DNA of 64,000 nt from Octopus vulgaris. Its lineage: Eukaryota. Location: positions 155,868,001-155,932,000 of the forward strand of contig OX597815.1 in assembly GCA_951406725.2 (NCBI GenBank), read 5' to 3'. Every line of letters begins with the position of its first letter. Positions within the stretch are counted from its first letter, which is position 1. Shown piece by piece: positions 27,653 to 43,420 of the stretch. The notes under the pieces are model-generated. The model was given only the letters and a program-made list of their open reading frames with translations, was not told the DNA's origin and made no database searches. A program made the translations under genes and the position numbers.

Positions 27653-28902
27653 AAATATATATCCGAAAGAAGACCTTGTGGACAGGAAGAATTGGTTGCA
27701 CGTGGCACAAAATGCCTTGAATTGTTTAGTTGCGTTCGTTTGCGTTATGATTTAACCAACCCCACATCCTGTGGTTGACTTCTTTTATTATTTCGTATAT
27801 CAATAGAAATAAGAATGAATCAAGTAATAGAATAGATACCGTCGACTATTTTCTCTCCCCGCCCCATACACATGACAGACTGTAAATATGTTTATTTTGA
27901 GAATAAGAAAACCACACGAGGAACCTTTCTAATTGGATTCAAATAATATGGTCGAGCAGAAATTACCCGGACACCTACGATTCTGATAAATTTCTAATAA
28001 TAGACGATTGAAACGGTTGCTTCACGGCCATCAACCATGTGAAAATGACTGGGAGATTGGATTGTCAAAAGATACAAAGACCTCTTGAAAGTCTACGGCT
28101 GAAAATGCTTGCAGTACACAACTTGGTTATAAAGAATATTTTGCTTTGTCAAGTGGAACGAAGTAATATGCTAGCATCTACGAAACTATCATTCGATATG
28201 TGTGTTTTGCGAGCGACTTTAAACGTTATTATAAGAAGCAAGCTGTGCTTATCACGTACGTAATTACGTGACTTGGAAATCAATGAAGAAGGCAATATGT
28301 GGAAATATCTTCTGAATAAGCTTTGACCTGGACAGCCATTTACAGATCATAAAGGTGTTGAATAGCTATTGTTGAGTTAATTTGTTTGTCACAACTTCAC
28401 TTTTAAATATAAAAAAGCGAGAGAGAGCATCTAACACAAGGTTTTAGTGAAACCTTGTAATGTCCAATAACATATCGTAGCATGGAAAGCAGGATTGATT
28501 ATTACGATGAGAAAACCAAAACCAAAACAGTAATAATGATAAAAAAAACTTATTATTCCGCTTTTGTAACTTTGCTACAGTGCTACACATATTCAATGTC
28601 AATTACATCCACTTAAATTGTGCAGCAATACAGAGTTATTATAGCTCTCTTATATAGTCTGCACCTAGCATTAACAGCGACAAAGCTTTTAGTAATAATC
28701 AATGCTATGGTATACAGACTGCTACAAGGTACAGAAAATAGGGATACCATAGATCTCTTATATAGTTTCTACATAACATTAATAGCTACTTTCTACTATG
28801 TAGCTTTTAGTCATATTAACTAATACAGCAAAGAGAATTTTCAAAAATATCAAGCATAATCAAATATGTCACACAACTCCTGTGATATTTCTATTATGCT
28901 TT

Positions 28903-29560
28903 ACTTGTTGTAGTCGTTAGACTACGACAATGCTGGGGCACTGCCTTGAACAATTTGTAATCCAAGGAATCGACTCTCACACCCACCAGTGATCATGCTT
29001 TTATTTTTTACGCCTGGTATTTTTTCTTATTTCTTTACTGCCCACAAGGGGTTTCATACAGAAGGGGGCAAACAAGGAGAGACAAACGGATTAAGTCGAT
29101 TATATCGACCCCAGTCTTCAACTGGTACTTATTTAATCGACCCCGAAAGGATGAAAGGCAAAGTCGACCTCGGCAGAATTTGAACTCAGAACGTAGCGGC
29201 AGACGAAATACCACTAAGCATTTCGCTCAGCGTGCTAACGTTTCTACTAGCTCGCCGCCTTGCCTGGTATTTATTCTGTCGGTCTCTTTTCCAGGGGACG
29301 TAAACACGCCAACACCGGTTGTCAAGCGGTGGCGGGGACAAACACAGACACGCGCGCCTGCACGTGCACACACACATGCACACACACACACACACATACA
29401 CATACGTACACACACACAACGGCTTCTTTCAGCTTCCGTCTACAAAGTTCGCTCACAAAGCTTCAGTCGGCTCGAGGCCATAGTAGAAGACACATGCCCA
29501 AAGTACCACGCCGTGGGAGTGAACCCCGAACCACGTGGCTGGAAAGCAAGCTTAGCAACT
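28903..29560 (-). mobile_element. SINE family A interrupted by a SINE B1 copy (~29027-29260)
   Basis: B1 is flanked by the ~16-bp duplication GCCTGGTATTTTTTCT / GCCTGGTATTTATTCT. Confidence 0.8.
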
Positions 29561-30020
29561 ATTTCAAACACAATCCATATTAGATTCTATTATTGCTTAC
29601 AATCTTCATAATATTCAGTCAACATTTGACACGAATCATCTTGCTTTTTCTTTGTTTATGTAATCAGGTTTTCTATTCAACATGCAACTTCCATTTGCGG
29701 GCAAGACCGATGTGATTAAAAGTTCGCTTGGCAACCACGTAACTTCGAGTTCGGTCCCACTGTAGCACTATGGGCAAGTATCTGCTCAGCAAACCTTTGA
29801 GAGTGCATTTGATTGACGGAAATTATGCTGAAGCCTGTTGCACCCGTACGCATCTATTTTTATTTTTACCTCATCCACACCGCTTGACAACTGCTCGGCA
29901 AAAGACAACACTGAAATAAAATACCAGGTTTAAAATATGTACTAGAGCTGATTTGCTCGACTAACCTACAAGAGGATACTTCTGCTAAACCGCAGTCGAA
30001 CAGCTGAAGCTAAGGAGTAT

Positions 30021-30056
<36 letters not shown>

Positions 30057-30258
30057 CATAATATTAGAACCAAGCAGTTTTTAGGTATAAGCAAAGTTTA
30101 GGTTATTTAAAATATGTTTGCGACATATTTCAACTGCTAAAAGGCAAATTCGCTGCTGTTACCGAGGAGAAAATTTTTCTTTTTATGGTACAAAATAAAG
30201 GGTGTAAAAACACCATATCTGTCCAGTGTCGCCAACCTCTCAGGATTCCCAGACAATG

Positions 30259-30310
<52 letters not shown>

Positions 30311-30313
30311 ATG

Positions 30314-30745
30314 AAGTAGTTGTATGCTGTCAATTTAATGTGACAGTTCCATGAAGGGAATAATACTACTGCTATTTAGCCCTAGGAAGCAGCACAGCTT
30401 GCTATCGGCCTTCACACATTTCCTGTGTCCTTATGATTACAAGGGAGTGATAAGCACCTCCACCCAGACTACTACTCCAGACTGAAGACGAGCAAAGACT
30501 CAGAAACTAGTCTCTGTATGTTGGCTTAACTTGGTGGAGGGGCTTATCTCCTCCTTGTAAACATAAGTTCACAGGAAATGTGTCAAGGCCGACAGGAAGC
30601 GGTGCTGATTCCTAGGGCTAAATAACAGTAGTATTATTCTCTTCATGGGACTGTCACATTAAGTTGACAGCATACAACTACTTTATCGTATCACTACTGC
30701 ATAAATCTCTGTGAGAGATTTAGAAATGTATTATTTGTGCAAATA
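30314..30745. mobile_element. Third Penelope-like fold-back element (diverged ~150-bp arms)
   Basis: Arms ~30314-30464 and ~30533-30683 with a right extension to a TA run and a hammerhead in the loop. Confidence 0.75.
30478..30516 (+). ncRNA. Minimal type-I hammerhead ribozyme motif (GUC site)
   Basis: CAGA-CTGAAGA-CGAG(CAAAGA)CTCA-GAAA-CTAG-TC-TCTG, with stem I CAGA/TCTG and palindromic ACTAGT. Confidence 0.7.
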
Positions 30746-31914
30746 TATATATATAGAATAATTATAGAGTATTATAGTAGAGTATTTTTATAGTAGAGTA
30801 TTTCTAACATAACTACAATGTTACACATTTTCCAGGATGGATATACTATCAGCTATTACTTCCCTTTACAAAGGATAAAATGAGAAGCCAATCTCAGATA
30901 TGAGCATACAATTACTATACCTTACGGCAGTGCATCCGATGCTCTACTGAATTTCCTCGAATTTATGTCACTCTTAATGCATTTATGTCATTCTTAATGC
31001 ATTTAAAACCCTACTGGGTGGAGTCTATTTTGTCTTTCATTTTTCGATAAATTATATACCAGCCATATGGTGAGGCCGTGACATATGTATGATATAAACA
31101 TTATTTAAGGGTGACAAACTGGGGAAAGCCGTTAGAAAATTGAAGCGGATGTCTGGCGATATTTGTTCCGGCCCTTTAGGTTTTAAGTTCATTTCTCACT
31201 GTGGCATACTTATGTGACTGACTTAATCCCATCGCCCGTTATTAACATCAAATTTACTTGCCTTTAACAAAGACCAGGCCGTTCAGAATGCCTTCTTGCC
31301 CGCTTTCTACTAGTTGTGGAAGCCCTGTGAAGTATCATGGGTCCTGATTTTTCCCCCGACTAAAATGATGGGAGAAAAAAATCGGTTGACTGGCACATCG
31401 ACAGCATGAGTGCAAGTCACCCTGTCCGCCCATAAAATATGAGTCTTTGTGTCTATGTAAGAAAGTGGTATAGCTTAACCCTTTTTGTAAATTATAAAAA
31501 ACAAAACAACCATACAAAGCATGTACATAGTGTTTCTCTAATTATTTAGTTTCTTTAAACCGACACTGCTAAGGCCATGCAAGAATACCGCCTTCATTTT
31601 CTAAAAGTCTGTGTAAATTAGTAGCGATTCGTCATTTTGATAAATAAATAACAATCTGTTCTGAAGTCGTACAAAGTAAACTACGTCAGAATAACCTTGT
31701 GCGCATTTCACCTTATAAGGCTATATGACGTACGTTTAGCAAGTATAAAGCAAACGCACTTGACTTTTCACTAAGAACAAATTGTAATTTTTTTATATAT
31801 CTCTATATGCATATATATATATATATATTCTTTTTTTAAGAAATGTAAAACATAAGGGTATCAATATGTGTGTATGTGTGTATATATCAATATATGTATG
31901 TATGAATGTATGTA

Positions 31915-31983
<69 letters not shown>

Positions 31984-32521
31984 GTTTGCTGTGTATGTGT
32001 GTGAGTGAGTGTGCGTGCATTTGCGTGCATAGATTTCTATTAGGTTAACACGCATTGAGAACAAAGTAGATGAAAACAAAAAAAGCAGTGAATGTTGACA
32101 TGCATATTTTGGATTATCATGCTTCTTGTGATGTTATCGTGGAAAAGAAACCAGATTTATAACAAAAACAAATGAATAGCATGAATGCTTATTTATAAAA
32201 ATAAAAGCATAAAGCAAGCAGTTGCGCCGACTATAGGTTACAAAATATATATAATAAACATTACACTACCTTTTTCTGCGTATTCCCTCTGAGATTTTCT
32301 TTCACCTGGTATAGTTTGCATCCATAGGCAGGTAGGTTTTTGCAGATTTTGATATAAAGTTGTTTCAGTTTGATTTCATTGTCATAATATGGCGTATGCC
32401 ACAACTTTTTCTGTTTATCCTGGAAATAGACATAAAATTAAGAGTAGAGATGAGAATATTACTTTATTTGTCACTTCACATATATGTAATATCTACATAT
32501 ATATATATGTATTACATAAGT

Positions 32522-32564
<43 letters not shown>

Positions 32565-32846
32565 GCGCGTGAAATTGTTAGTGGAAATGGAAAATGTTAT
32601 TAGATGATATTTATTTGCAATGGTACTGAATATTATTGATCTTAGGAAGGCTATCAGTGCACTTAGTGACCAACAACAGAGTATGTTTCATCACAAATAT
32701 GATACAAGTATTTGCGAAAAAGCCCAAAGGGGTGAAAAAAGAAAAAGATGCACAAATTCCCAGCAAGAAGTAAAAAATATAGTTTCTGCGTCGTTGGAAT
32801 AGTTTTTATCTAATCCCGGCTTGGCGTGTTGGTGGGTGTGTGAATA

Positions 32847-33195
32847 GGAGGAGGAGGAAACCCCCTTCTGTCGTGGTTGCCCATGAGATTGCACCTAGAA
32901 AGTTATCCTCCGAGGCACAAGTTCGAACAAGATTGTTTATGGAAGGCCAGCAGTCACCTATGTATACCAGCCACTCCTCTCCGCACCACTGATGTTATCC
33001 AACAAGGGAAAGGTAAAGGTCGATGCAGCTTGGCACCAGTAATGTCGCAACTCATTTCTACAGTTGAGTTAACTGGAACAATGTGAAATAAAGTCTCTTG
33101 CTCAAGAACACAACACGCAGCCGAGTCCGGGAATCGAACTCACAACCTCACGATCGTAAGCTCGACGCTCTAACCACTGAGTCATGCGCCTTCAC
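32847..33195 (-). mobile_element. tRNA-headed SINE family C (V-domain-like)
   Basis: Minus strand: TGACTCAGTGG...GAGTTCGATTCC A/B boxes, then TTGTGTTCTTGAGCAAG...CACATTGTTCCAG and a (TCC)n tail. Confidence 0.8.
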
Positions 33196-33369
33196 AAATC
33201 CCCAGCAAGAAGTAAAAAAAATATAGCTTCTGGGTCGTTGGAATAGTTATTATCCAATCCCGCTGTGGCGTGTTGGTGGGTGTGTAAATAACAAGAAGGA
33301 AAAATGAAGTGAGTAACATTGTGGGCCAAAGAAACCTAAACATTCCCCGGTTATAAAAATATTGAATCT

Positions 33370-33430
33370 TGTCAACACCTTTTGGTAAGAGCACCACCTC
33401 CAGCGGTGCTCTTACCAAAAGGTGTTGACA
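33370..33430. repeat. Perfect 26-bp hairpin with 9-nt loop
   Basis: TGTCAACACCTTTTGGTAAGAGCACC-ACCTCCAGC-GGTGCTCTTACCAAAAGGTGTTGACA. Confidence 0.9.
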
Positions 33431-34661
33431 TCTCCTGTCGGCAGTTGAAGGTAATGTCTCGCAGTGCAAGTTGTATCTAAAATGTATATTCTAAGGACAT
33501 TCCCCTCGGCTGTAGAATAACATTCAAATCAGTTGTTGTACGTGCATATATTTTGCAACATGTACTTTTACTTTTCACCTAGCTACCTTTCAACCTAATA
33601 GCCTGCTTCTTATCTCCTGACTCTTAGCAACTTTCAAGAGCTTTATTTTATTGGAATAGACTACTAAACGTAATTGGTTGTTGAAATATGTGGGATCGGC
33701 AGAAATGAACTAGCGCTGAACAAAAATGTCTTATCTTTAGTTCCGATGTTGAATTCTAATGGGCTCCGTTTTATATACATTAGAGACATTTTGTCTTCCC
33801 ACAGCAAAAGACTTGGCACAGTGTTTTGCCTAAAGAAAATCATTATTATTTATAATCTTTGCTTTTTTTTTCTGAACAGTGGGACTAATATAAATACGCA
33901 TGAGGTTACCTTGTTATAAATACATCGCTGGGAAATAGCTTGTAATGGCCACGTCGTGTATACATTTGAAGAATAGAGAATTCTCGTTCATTTTCCTCCA
34001 GCTGACTAATAGTAACAAATTAGTGAATAAGATATGTTATTATTATGTTATATAATAATGACAATTATTCTCATATATCTGGGGGTCTGTAAAATAATGT
34101 ACCAGTAAATTTCTAGAGTTGATGACATTAACCAATCCTTCCCCCCGCCTCGGAATTACTGACTTTGTACGTAAATCAGAAGCAATCATATCATACTGCA
34201 CTTATTTCCTGAAGTTTCCACCACCCAGATTTGGATTTGAGAAAGTGGAATTAAAATCACCTTAATGTCGAAGAGAAAAACTATATCGATGTAGTAATTT
34301 CTAGTAATTTCATGGAGAATATAGACAACAGTCGATTCTCATCTTTTGCAGACGTGAAGAGATCAATTCACACCAGAGAAAACTTCTTCAATTATTCTGT
34401 GCTCTATCTAACTATGTCTCTAACAATTATGAACTTTAATTTACTGTTGCGAAGACTTGGCCAGCGGGGGTTGAGAAAATAGGCTACAATGTCAATACTT
34501 TATGGACACAGCGTGTTGGTGATTCCTGAATCAGAATTATTAACCTTTCTCTGACTGGAAGTCTGCTATTCTATTGATACTATCATTTGTAACTCTCAGA
34601 GGAATTTGTATTTTAATGTATACTAAGAAATATAATTTTGTCAGAGATTTCATCCGTTAAG

Positions 34662-34689
34662 TTAGGGTTAGGGTTAGGGTTAGGGTTAG
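34662..34689 (+). repeat. Short interstitial (TTAGGG)4
   Basis: Directly visible. Confidence 0.85.
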
Positions 34690-36237
34690 TTTTTACAATA
34701 GGACAATATTTATATTATTTAATCTCAACCGAAGCAATGCTCGATAACCTCCTCCTGGCCAAAAACAAAAGTGTGGAGGGGGTCTGTAATAAACCAGCCT
34801 CTTGAATGTTGTGTATAATTGAGAAATTCTATCGAAGAGTAAAGTGAAGATTTAATCCGGTATTTATCTTGTTATTTCTTGTGTTTGTTTCACTATTTTT
34901 GTTCTTTCGTTTATGCAGGGGAGCCCAAGTTCTTTTCAAGATGACATAGAGAAGAGATGTATCCACTGAACAGCTCACAGATCTTCTAAGTCCCAGACCT
35001 TCTAAGTATTAAATAGTCATGAACTAGATTATATTTCTGCTTTTCGTTAATGAAACAAATTTACCAAGTCAAAGAGAAAATTTTCAATTTTATAAAAAAG
35101 AGATTCCTTCTACAGTGGAGAGTTGATGTCTGAGAATTATTAGTTTAGTTAATATATATTATATAATGTTCTCTTTTCTGGTTTAACATCCATTTTCCAC
35201 GCCAGAATAAAATGGATGAGCTGTTGCAAATTTCGATAATATTGTTTTTGCAGAAGCATTTGTTTGAGAAAACGACCCATGTCCTTTCAAACGCTATACA
35301 CTCAGTTCTGCAGGATGACATTTTGTCATAAAGGTAGACTGTAGCAAACATGGTTGTGTATTCTTCTCATATATTGATGTTTAGTAAGATGTAGTGCTAT
35401 ACACTATAGTGAAATACTTTACTGAATCTAATTTCGATTGTGAGTTTATCCATCAATATAATTCTGGACCAATAATATAGTGAAATCGATTTGATCAATT
35501 TTAACAAAAGATGGTTGTGTGGCTTGGTAAAAAAAAATCGATCTTTATTTAGGATTAGAAGTAAACTAGGGTGGTTGCAATTCCAGGGACAAGAAATGAG
35601 TAATGATCAATACCTCATGAAAATGATCTTAGCAGATGAATGAAATGGACCCGAGATTTACTGATTTAGTGTATTGTTCATTAGAAAATAATTAATCAAT
35701 ACCATTGCTTAATGAGTTCTTCATTGCAAGAAGCTTCATTGTTGAATGAAAAGCATCAGATAAACATTGATGGATGGCATATTCTTAAGAGGCCAACTCA
35801 GCATTTTCTTATCAAGCGATAGATAAATAGCATTTCAAACCAGATCTCATGATTGACTTTCAATTACACATAGGATGTCTGTGTTAGGTTAATTACATAA
35901 TTATCAATCAAAGTTAATTGCAGAAAGATGTACTAATGTTACTATGCCAGTGTTACCAAGCTGAATGTTACCCACTTCAATTTTACCAACAAGGATATTG
36001 TTAAGTCAAATGTTAAATGAGCTCAGTGTTACCAGTAATATTATTTAGATTGACAGTTTGATATGTTTAACTTAACAGGTTGATATGTTGTCGTCTTTAT
36101 AAGTGTCACTGTTGTCATAGCCGTTATTGTTGTCACTCTCGAATGACTTTAACCAATTCTACTTCGTCATCAATATACTTTGAAAATCATAAATCGAAGA
36201 GTTAGGCCGCAGTCACTCAACACCAGGGGATTATTCG

Positions 36238-36285
<48 letters not shown>

Positions 36286-36313
36286 GTTGTTGTTGTTGTT
36301 GTTGTCATTATTA

Positions 36314-38812
<2,499 letters not shown>

Positions 38813-38837
38813 GATTATGATTATTATCATGATTATG

Positions 38838-38876
<39 letters not shown>

Positions 38877-39353
38877 GGGTGAGAGAGTATGACATGCCAT
38901 CAAAGTGACACTGAGGTAGGTAAAATATATAACCCCAATATACCCATCAGGAATACGGGGTCAGATAAGGGTTATGCATCACAACCATATGTGCGCGACA
39001 TGGTGATCTCATATCAAGATAGACAGCCCATGACCTTGCAGGTGGGGCCCAGTTAGGATTTTCTTCAGGTCGAGTAGCCCATCCTGCTCAGAAGCTCTCT
39101 GAATAAGGGTTGTTTAAAAATGTTGAACGAAACACCTATGTTTCCAGAGGTGAATTATCCAAACCTCAAAGAATCCCTCTCAGCGCATTGCTATGATGCT
39201 CTCCACTACTTCTGCTCGTGATCAGAGATGCACATATCATCAGTCGCTTAGGGACAACATGTATACCTGACAAAACAACGTATATGATAACATTTCCAGT
39301 CAGTTAAGATCAGAAGCCATGAGAGCCACTGTCTGGTACTGCACCAGGGCATT
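38877..39353. mobile_element. ~550-bp non-coding (TAA)n-associated element, copy 1 (internal deletion)
   Basis: GGGTGAGAGAG...CCATCAAAGTGACACTG ... GGTACTGCACCAGGGCATT; homologous to 40085 and 43421. Confidence 0.75.
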
Positions 39354-39398
<45 letters not shown>

Positions 39399-39480
39399 TA
39401 TTATTATTATTATTGTTGCTGTTGTTGTTGTTGTTGTTGTTGTTGTCGTTGTTGGTGTTGTGGTGGTGGTTGTTGCATAA

Positions 39481-39695
39481 GGTGACGGGCTGGCAGAATC
39501 GGTAGCGCGAGGGACGAAATGCGTTGCAGTAGTTCGCTCGTTGCTGCGTTTTGAATTCAAATTCCACCGAGGTCGACTTTACCTTTCATCCTTTCGGGTT
39601 TCGGTTAAATAAGTACCAGTTACATACTGGGATCGCTGTAACTGACTTAAACCCTTCCCCCAAATTTCAGGCCTTGTGCCTACAGAAGAAAGGGT
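39481..39695 (+). mobile_element. SINE family B
   Basis: GGCTGGCAGAATCG...GAGGTCGACTTTACCTTTCATCC. Confidence 0.8.
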
Positions 39696-39797
39696 TATTA
39701 TTATTATTGTTGCTGCTGCTGTTGTTGTTGCTGTTGTTGTTGTCGTCGTCGTTGTTGTTATTGTGTTGGTGGCAGTGGTGGTGGAGGTTGTTATTTA

Positions 39798-40003
39798 GGG
39801 CGGCGAGCTGGCAGAAATGTTAGCCCGTCGAACAAAAAGCGTAGCGGCATTTCCTCCGCCTTTACGTTCTGAGTTCAAATGCCACCGACTTTGGCTTTTA
39901 TCTTTCCGGGGTCGATAAAATAAATACCAGTTGAACAGTGGGGTCAATGTAATCGACTTATCCCTCCCGCGAAATTGCAAGCCTTGTGCCAAAATTTGAA
40001 ACG
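39798..40003 (+). mobile_element. SINE family B
   Basis: GGCGGCGAGCTGGCAGAAATGTTAGC head. Confidence 0.8.
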
Positions 40004-40019
40004 ATCATTATTATTATTA

Positions 40020-40084
<65 letters not shown>

Positions 40085-40642
40085 GAGTGAGAGAGCAGTA
40101 CATGCCATCAAAGTGATACTGGTGTACAAATATACGAAGCCCAGTATACCCATCATGACTACCCGTCTGATAAGAGTACATCAGGCACATGCATCACAAT
40201 CATATGTGCGTGACATAATGACCTTGCATCAAGATAAACAGCGCATGACCTTGCAGATGGAGTCCACTTAGAATTTTCTTCAGGTCGAGTAGCGCATCCT
40301 GCTCAAAAGGTCCCTGAATCAGTTTTGTCCAAGAAGGATGAACAGAACACCTTTTTTTTCCAGTAGTGAAGTATTTAAACTCCAATACATGGAATTGCTC
40401 TCAATACATGGCTATGATGCTCCCACACTACTTCTGATCAGAGATGCACACATCGTCAGCTACAAAGGGACATGCTCAACTGGTTGAGGTCAAGTAACTG
40501 ACAAACAAATCTGTGGTATTGAGCAGAATATTTGCTGTAGCCCATCCTTTGTACCTAGACAAAACATGTACATGATAACACTACCAATCAGTTAAGATCA
40601 GAAGCCATGAGAGCCAGTGCCTAGTACTGCATCAGGGCATTT
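40085..40642. mobile_element. (TAA)n-associated element, copy 2
   Basis: Colinear with 43421-43968. Confidence 0.75.
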
Positions 40643-42589
40643 ATCATCATCATCATCATCATCATCATTATTATTATTTTTATTGAGGTTTAGTCGGATG
40701 AGGTAGAGTACTTGACTTTTTTTCAAGGTCTCCAAGACTGGCTGAACGAAGAGAAGTCATCCTCAGACTAAAGTCCTGAATTGACTACCTACATACAATA
40801 TACCAATTTCCGTCAAAGACACTGTCAGGTGGTTGTGTTACACCGCACGGCAGAGTAAGTGAATCTCACAAGGACAAGCACTTAAACGTACGGTGAGCTT
40901 CCACACGATTTCTCTTTTTTTGACCCAACACCACGGAAGAAGACACTCAACTCCTAGGCCCATTACTTTTATACTAAAAACTTGCATATTTAAAACCTTC
41001 TAAGTAATTCATGCTTTTCTCAGTGCAGTAGTTATGTTCATTGAAAGAAGGATATGACGATTAAATTAAGTAGATGGAGCTTCTGCACAAAAATTTCGTT
41101 GTCAGCTCAAGGAGTCTCCGTATTGACTAAGACATTTTCTTTGTTAATTTCACAGGAAATGAAATCTTAGGATTTCGTTCTCTAAGCAGAGTTTGGGTTA
41201 TGAGTAGGCATTTGAACATTATTGGTTCCATGAGACAATTGACACATGTCTCCGGTTAACTTGAAGACTTCTTTATATTTCAGCATTGAAAAGAATATAG
41301 TCATTGATTTTAGTTTACTACTCTTTATTAAAGGCACGGATTGAATTAATTCTTGTATTGCTGTGCATGTAGTGCAAACAAATCCAAGATACAATCTTCA
41401 GTGACACACCAATGTTAGTAAAAATAATTAGCACGTTTTCACTGGCTTTCTATGAATTTCTTCTTCACCATCTGGTTTGGTGGACATCTGTAAACTTGAG
41501 GTATGTGAAACGTTTACTTTGGGTAATTTGAAACCGTATTTCTATGCTACATTTTTATGCCTTTTAGTCGTTTCCGATTTCACTTGTACTTTCTGGCGTT
41601 TCATTTCTTTCCTATATTCTCGTTTATCATTGATTCTTTTATCGCTGAACCGTGTTACGCTTATCACCAATTCACTTGTGATAATAAGTGTCAGTGATCG
41701 ATAGAAAATTCTACATGTAGCGGAAAAACGCACCCTGGCGACCACCACGTTACTCGTTTACTCAGAATGCACTGAATATCCCTTGTGTTTACATAATCGT
41801 GCAGTGAGGCTGCATATTTTTTTTATATGGATTTATGCACCCGTATGTACAACATAGGATCAGTGGTTAGAAAAATACGAAGGCTCCTGATCCTAACTAA
41901 CGATGCTGACGAGTGTATTCTGTACAGGAAAAGGTAATGATCTGCGAAAACATGACGGTAGAGGTTTGGCTGCTATGGTACGTGGGTTTGGTATCAAAGA
42001 CTCTAGGATTCCTTCCATTTACAAGTGCATGAATATGATTCAATTATCACTGATTCTTATATCACTGTTTCTATTTGGAAACAAACACCGCGATAAACAA
42101 GGATAGATGAATATGAAATGTGAGTCGTGATATTTTGTGTGATTGTCGTATTATTATATTTATTGATGTGTATTACGTGCTTAGTGTCGGGTATTGATTG
42201 GGTAGAGAATGTGCTGTGTGATTTCTGTTGGCTGTTTTATATTAATGGGTGGTAATCGTGTAAAATTTGGCTTGTATAACATACTACATATCGATTTTGT
42301 AAAAGGAAGTATTGTATTCTTGTTTTGGGTGGTGATTATGTAAACCATGGGAATTTTATAGGGTATGTACTGTGTGAATCGAGCTACTGGATTGAAAGTT
42401 TATTGTGTAGGACGTAAGTATGACTAAACCGGGTATTTTTGACTCTATTTTTAATGTGTTTTTTTATATATTTGTTTATGGGCTTTTTCGTACATAATGT
42501 TTCGATTATTGCTTTCAGTGTCACACCCATCATACTTCCCATCACAAGTATGTGATTATTATATATATTGATAGACTCATCGTCGAAGA

Positions 42590-42860
42590 CGACGTATGAG
42601 CGTTCACCTTTTGCCGAACGACAAGCACAAATGATTTGTTTATGGTGATAAGACGTATGTTTTGTACATTAGCTCCCTCTCAAATTACTCCCTTCCTATC
42701 AAATCGACATTCTGTACCACGCATCATTTGTTAAAGTGATCGTAGAACAACGTGGGGTGAAGTGTTTTGCTCAAGAACACAACGCATCACCCGGTCTAGG
42801 AATTGAAACCGTGATCTCGAGATCTTGAGTGAAAAACACTAACCACTTGGCTATGCGTGA
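42590..42860 (-). mobile_element. SINE family C-like, diverged
   Basis: GAAGTGTTTTGCTCAAGAACACAACGC...GGAATTGAAACC...CTAACCACT. Confidence 0.65.
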
Positions 42861-43086
42861 GTGTGATTGGATTAGTGGCTTTTATTGCTTTACTCAAATC
42901 TCACCGAGGTCGAATAACTTTTCATCCTTTCAAAATCGATAAAATAAGTGCCAGTTGAGATTAGGGCTTCGATATGATCGGTAAGACCGATCCCAATGCT
43001 TGGCATTATACCTAACTTATAAACTATCATTACCACCACCACAACCATCATCATCATCACCATTATTATTGTTATTATTATTATTA

Positions 43087-43353
43087 CATGTTTGATTTTT
43101 GCTTTGTATTTGTACGAGTTGACTCCAAGTGTCACCCAGAGACCTCAAGAGACAAATTAGAAGCTCATATATTTGGTTTTGCACATAGAATTGTTCTAAA
43201 GAATGTTTATGAAAATATAAGAAAATCATAAGTTTGTTTTAAAATTTGAGAATACATAGACAGTATTTTACGTAGGATACGGGCAGTTCTCATGAGCAGT
43301 ATCTTTTGAATTTCTGCCATTTTGGGGGTTTTCTGGTAATTGAGCTAGGTAGG
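43087..43353 (-). mobile_element. 5'-truncated R4/Dong-type LINE 3' end (different family)
   Basis: Minus strand KMAEIQKILLMRTARILRKILSM followed by a 3' UTR; flanked by (TAA)n. Confidence 0.7.
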
Positions 43354-43354
43354 A

Positions 43355-43420
<66 letters not shown>

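Noticed and set aside
33110-33195. tRNA gene
   Set aside because: A/B boxes are present but continue into a SINE body with no acceptor stem; the same holds for the other SINE heads.
34662-34689. Chromosome-fusion telomere scar
   Set aside because: Only four units in a single orientation; such short tracts are common.
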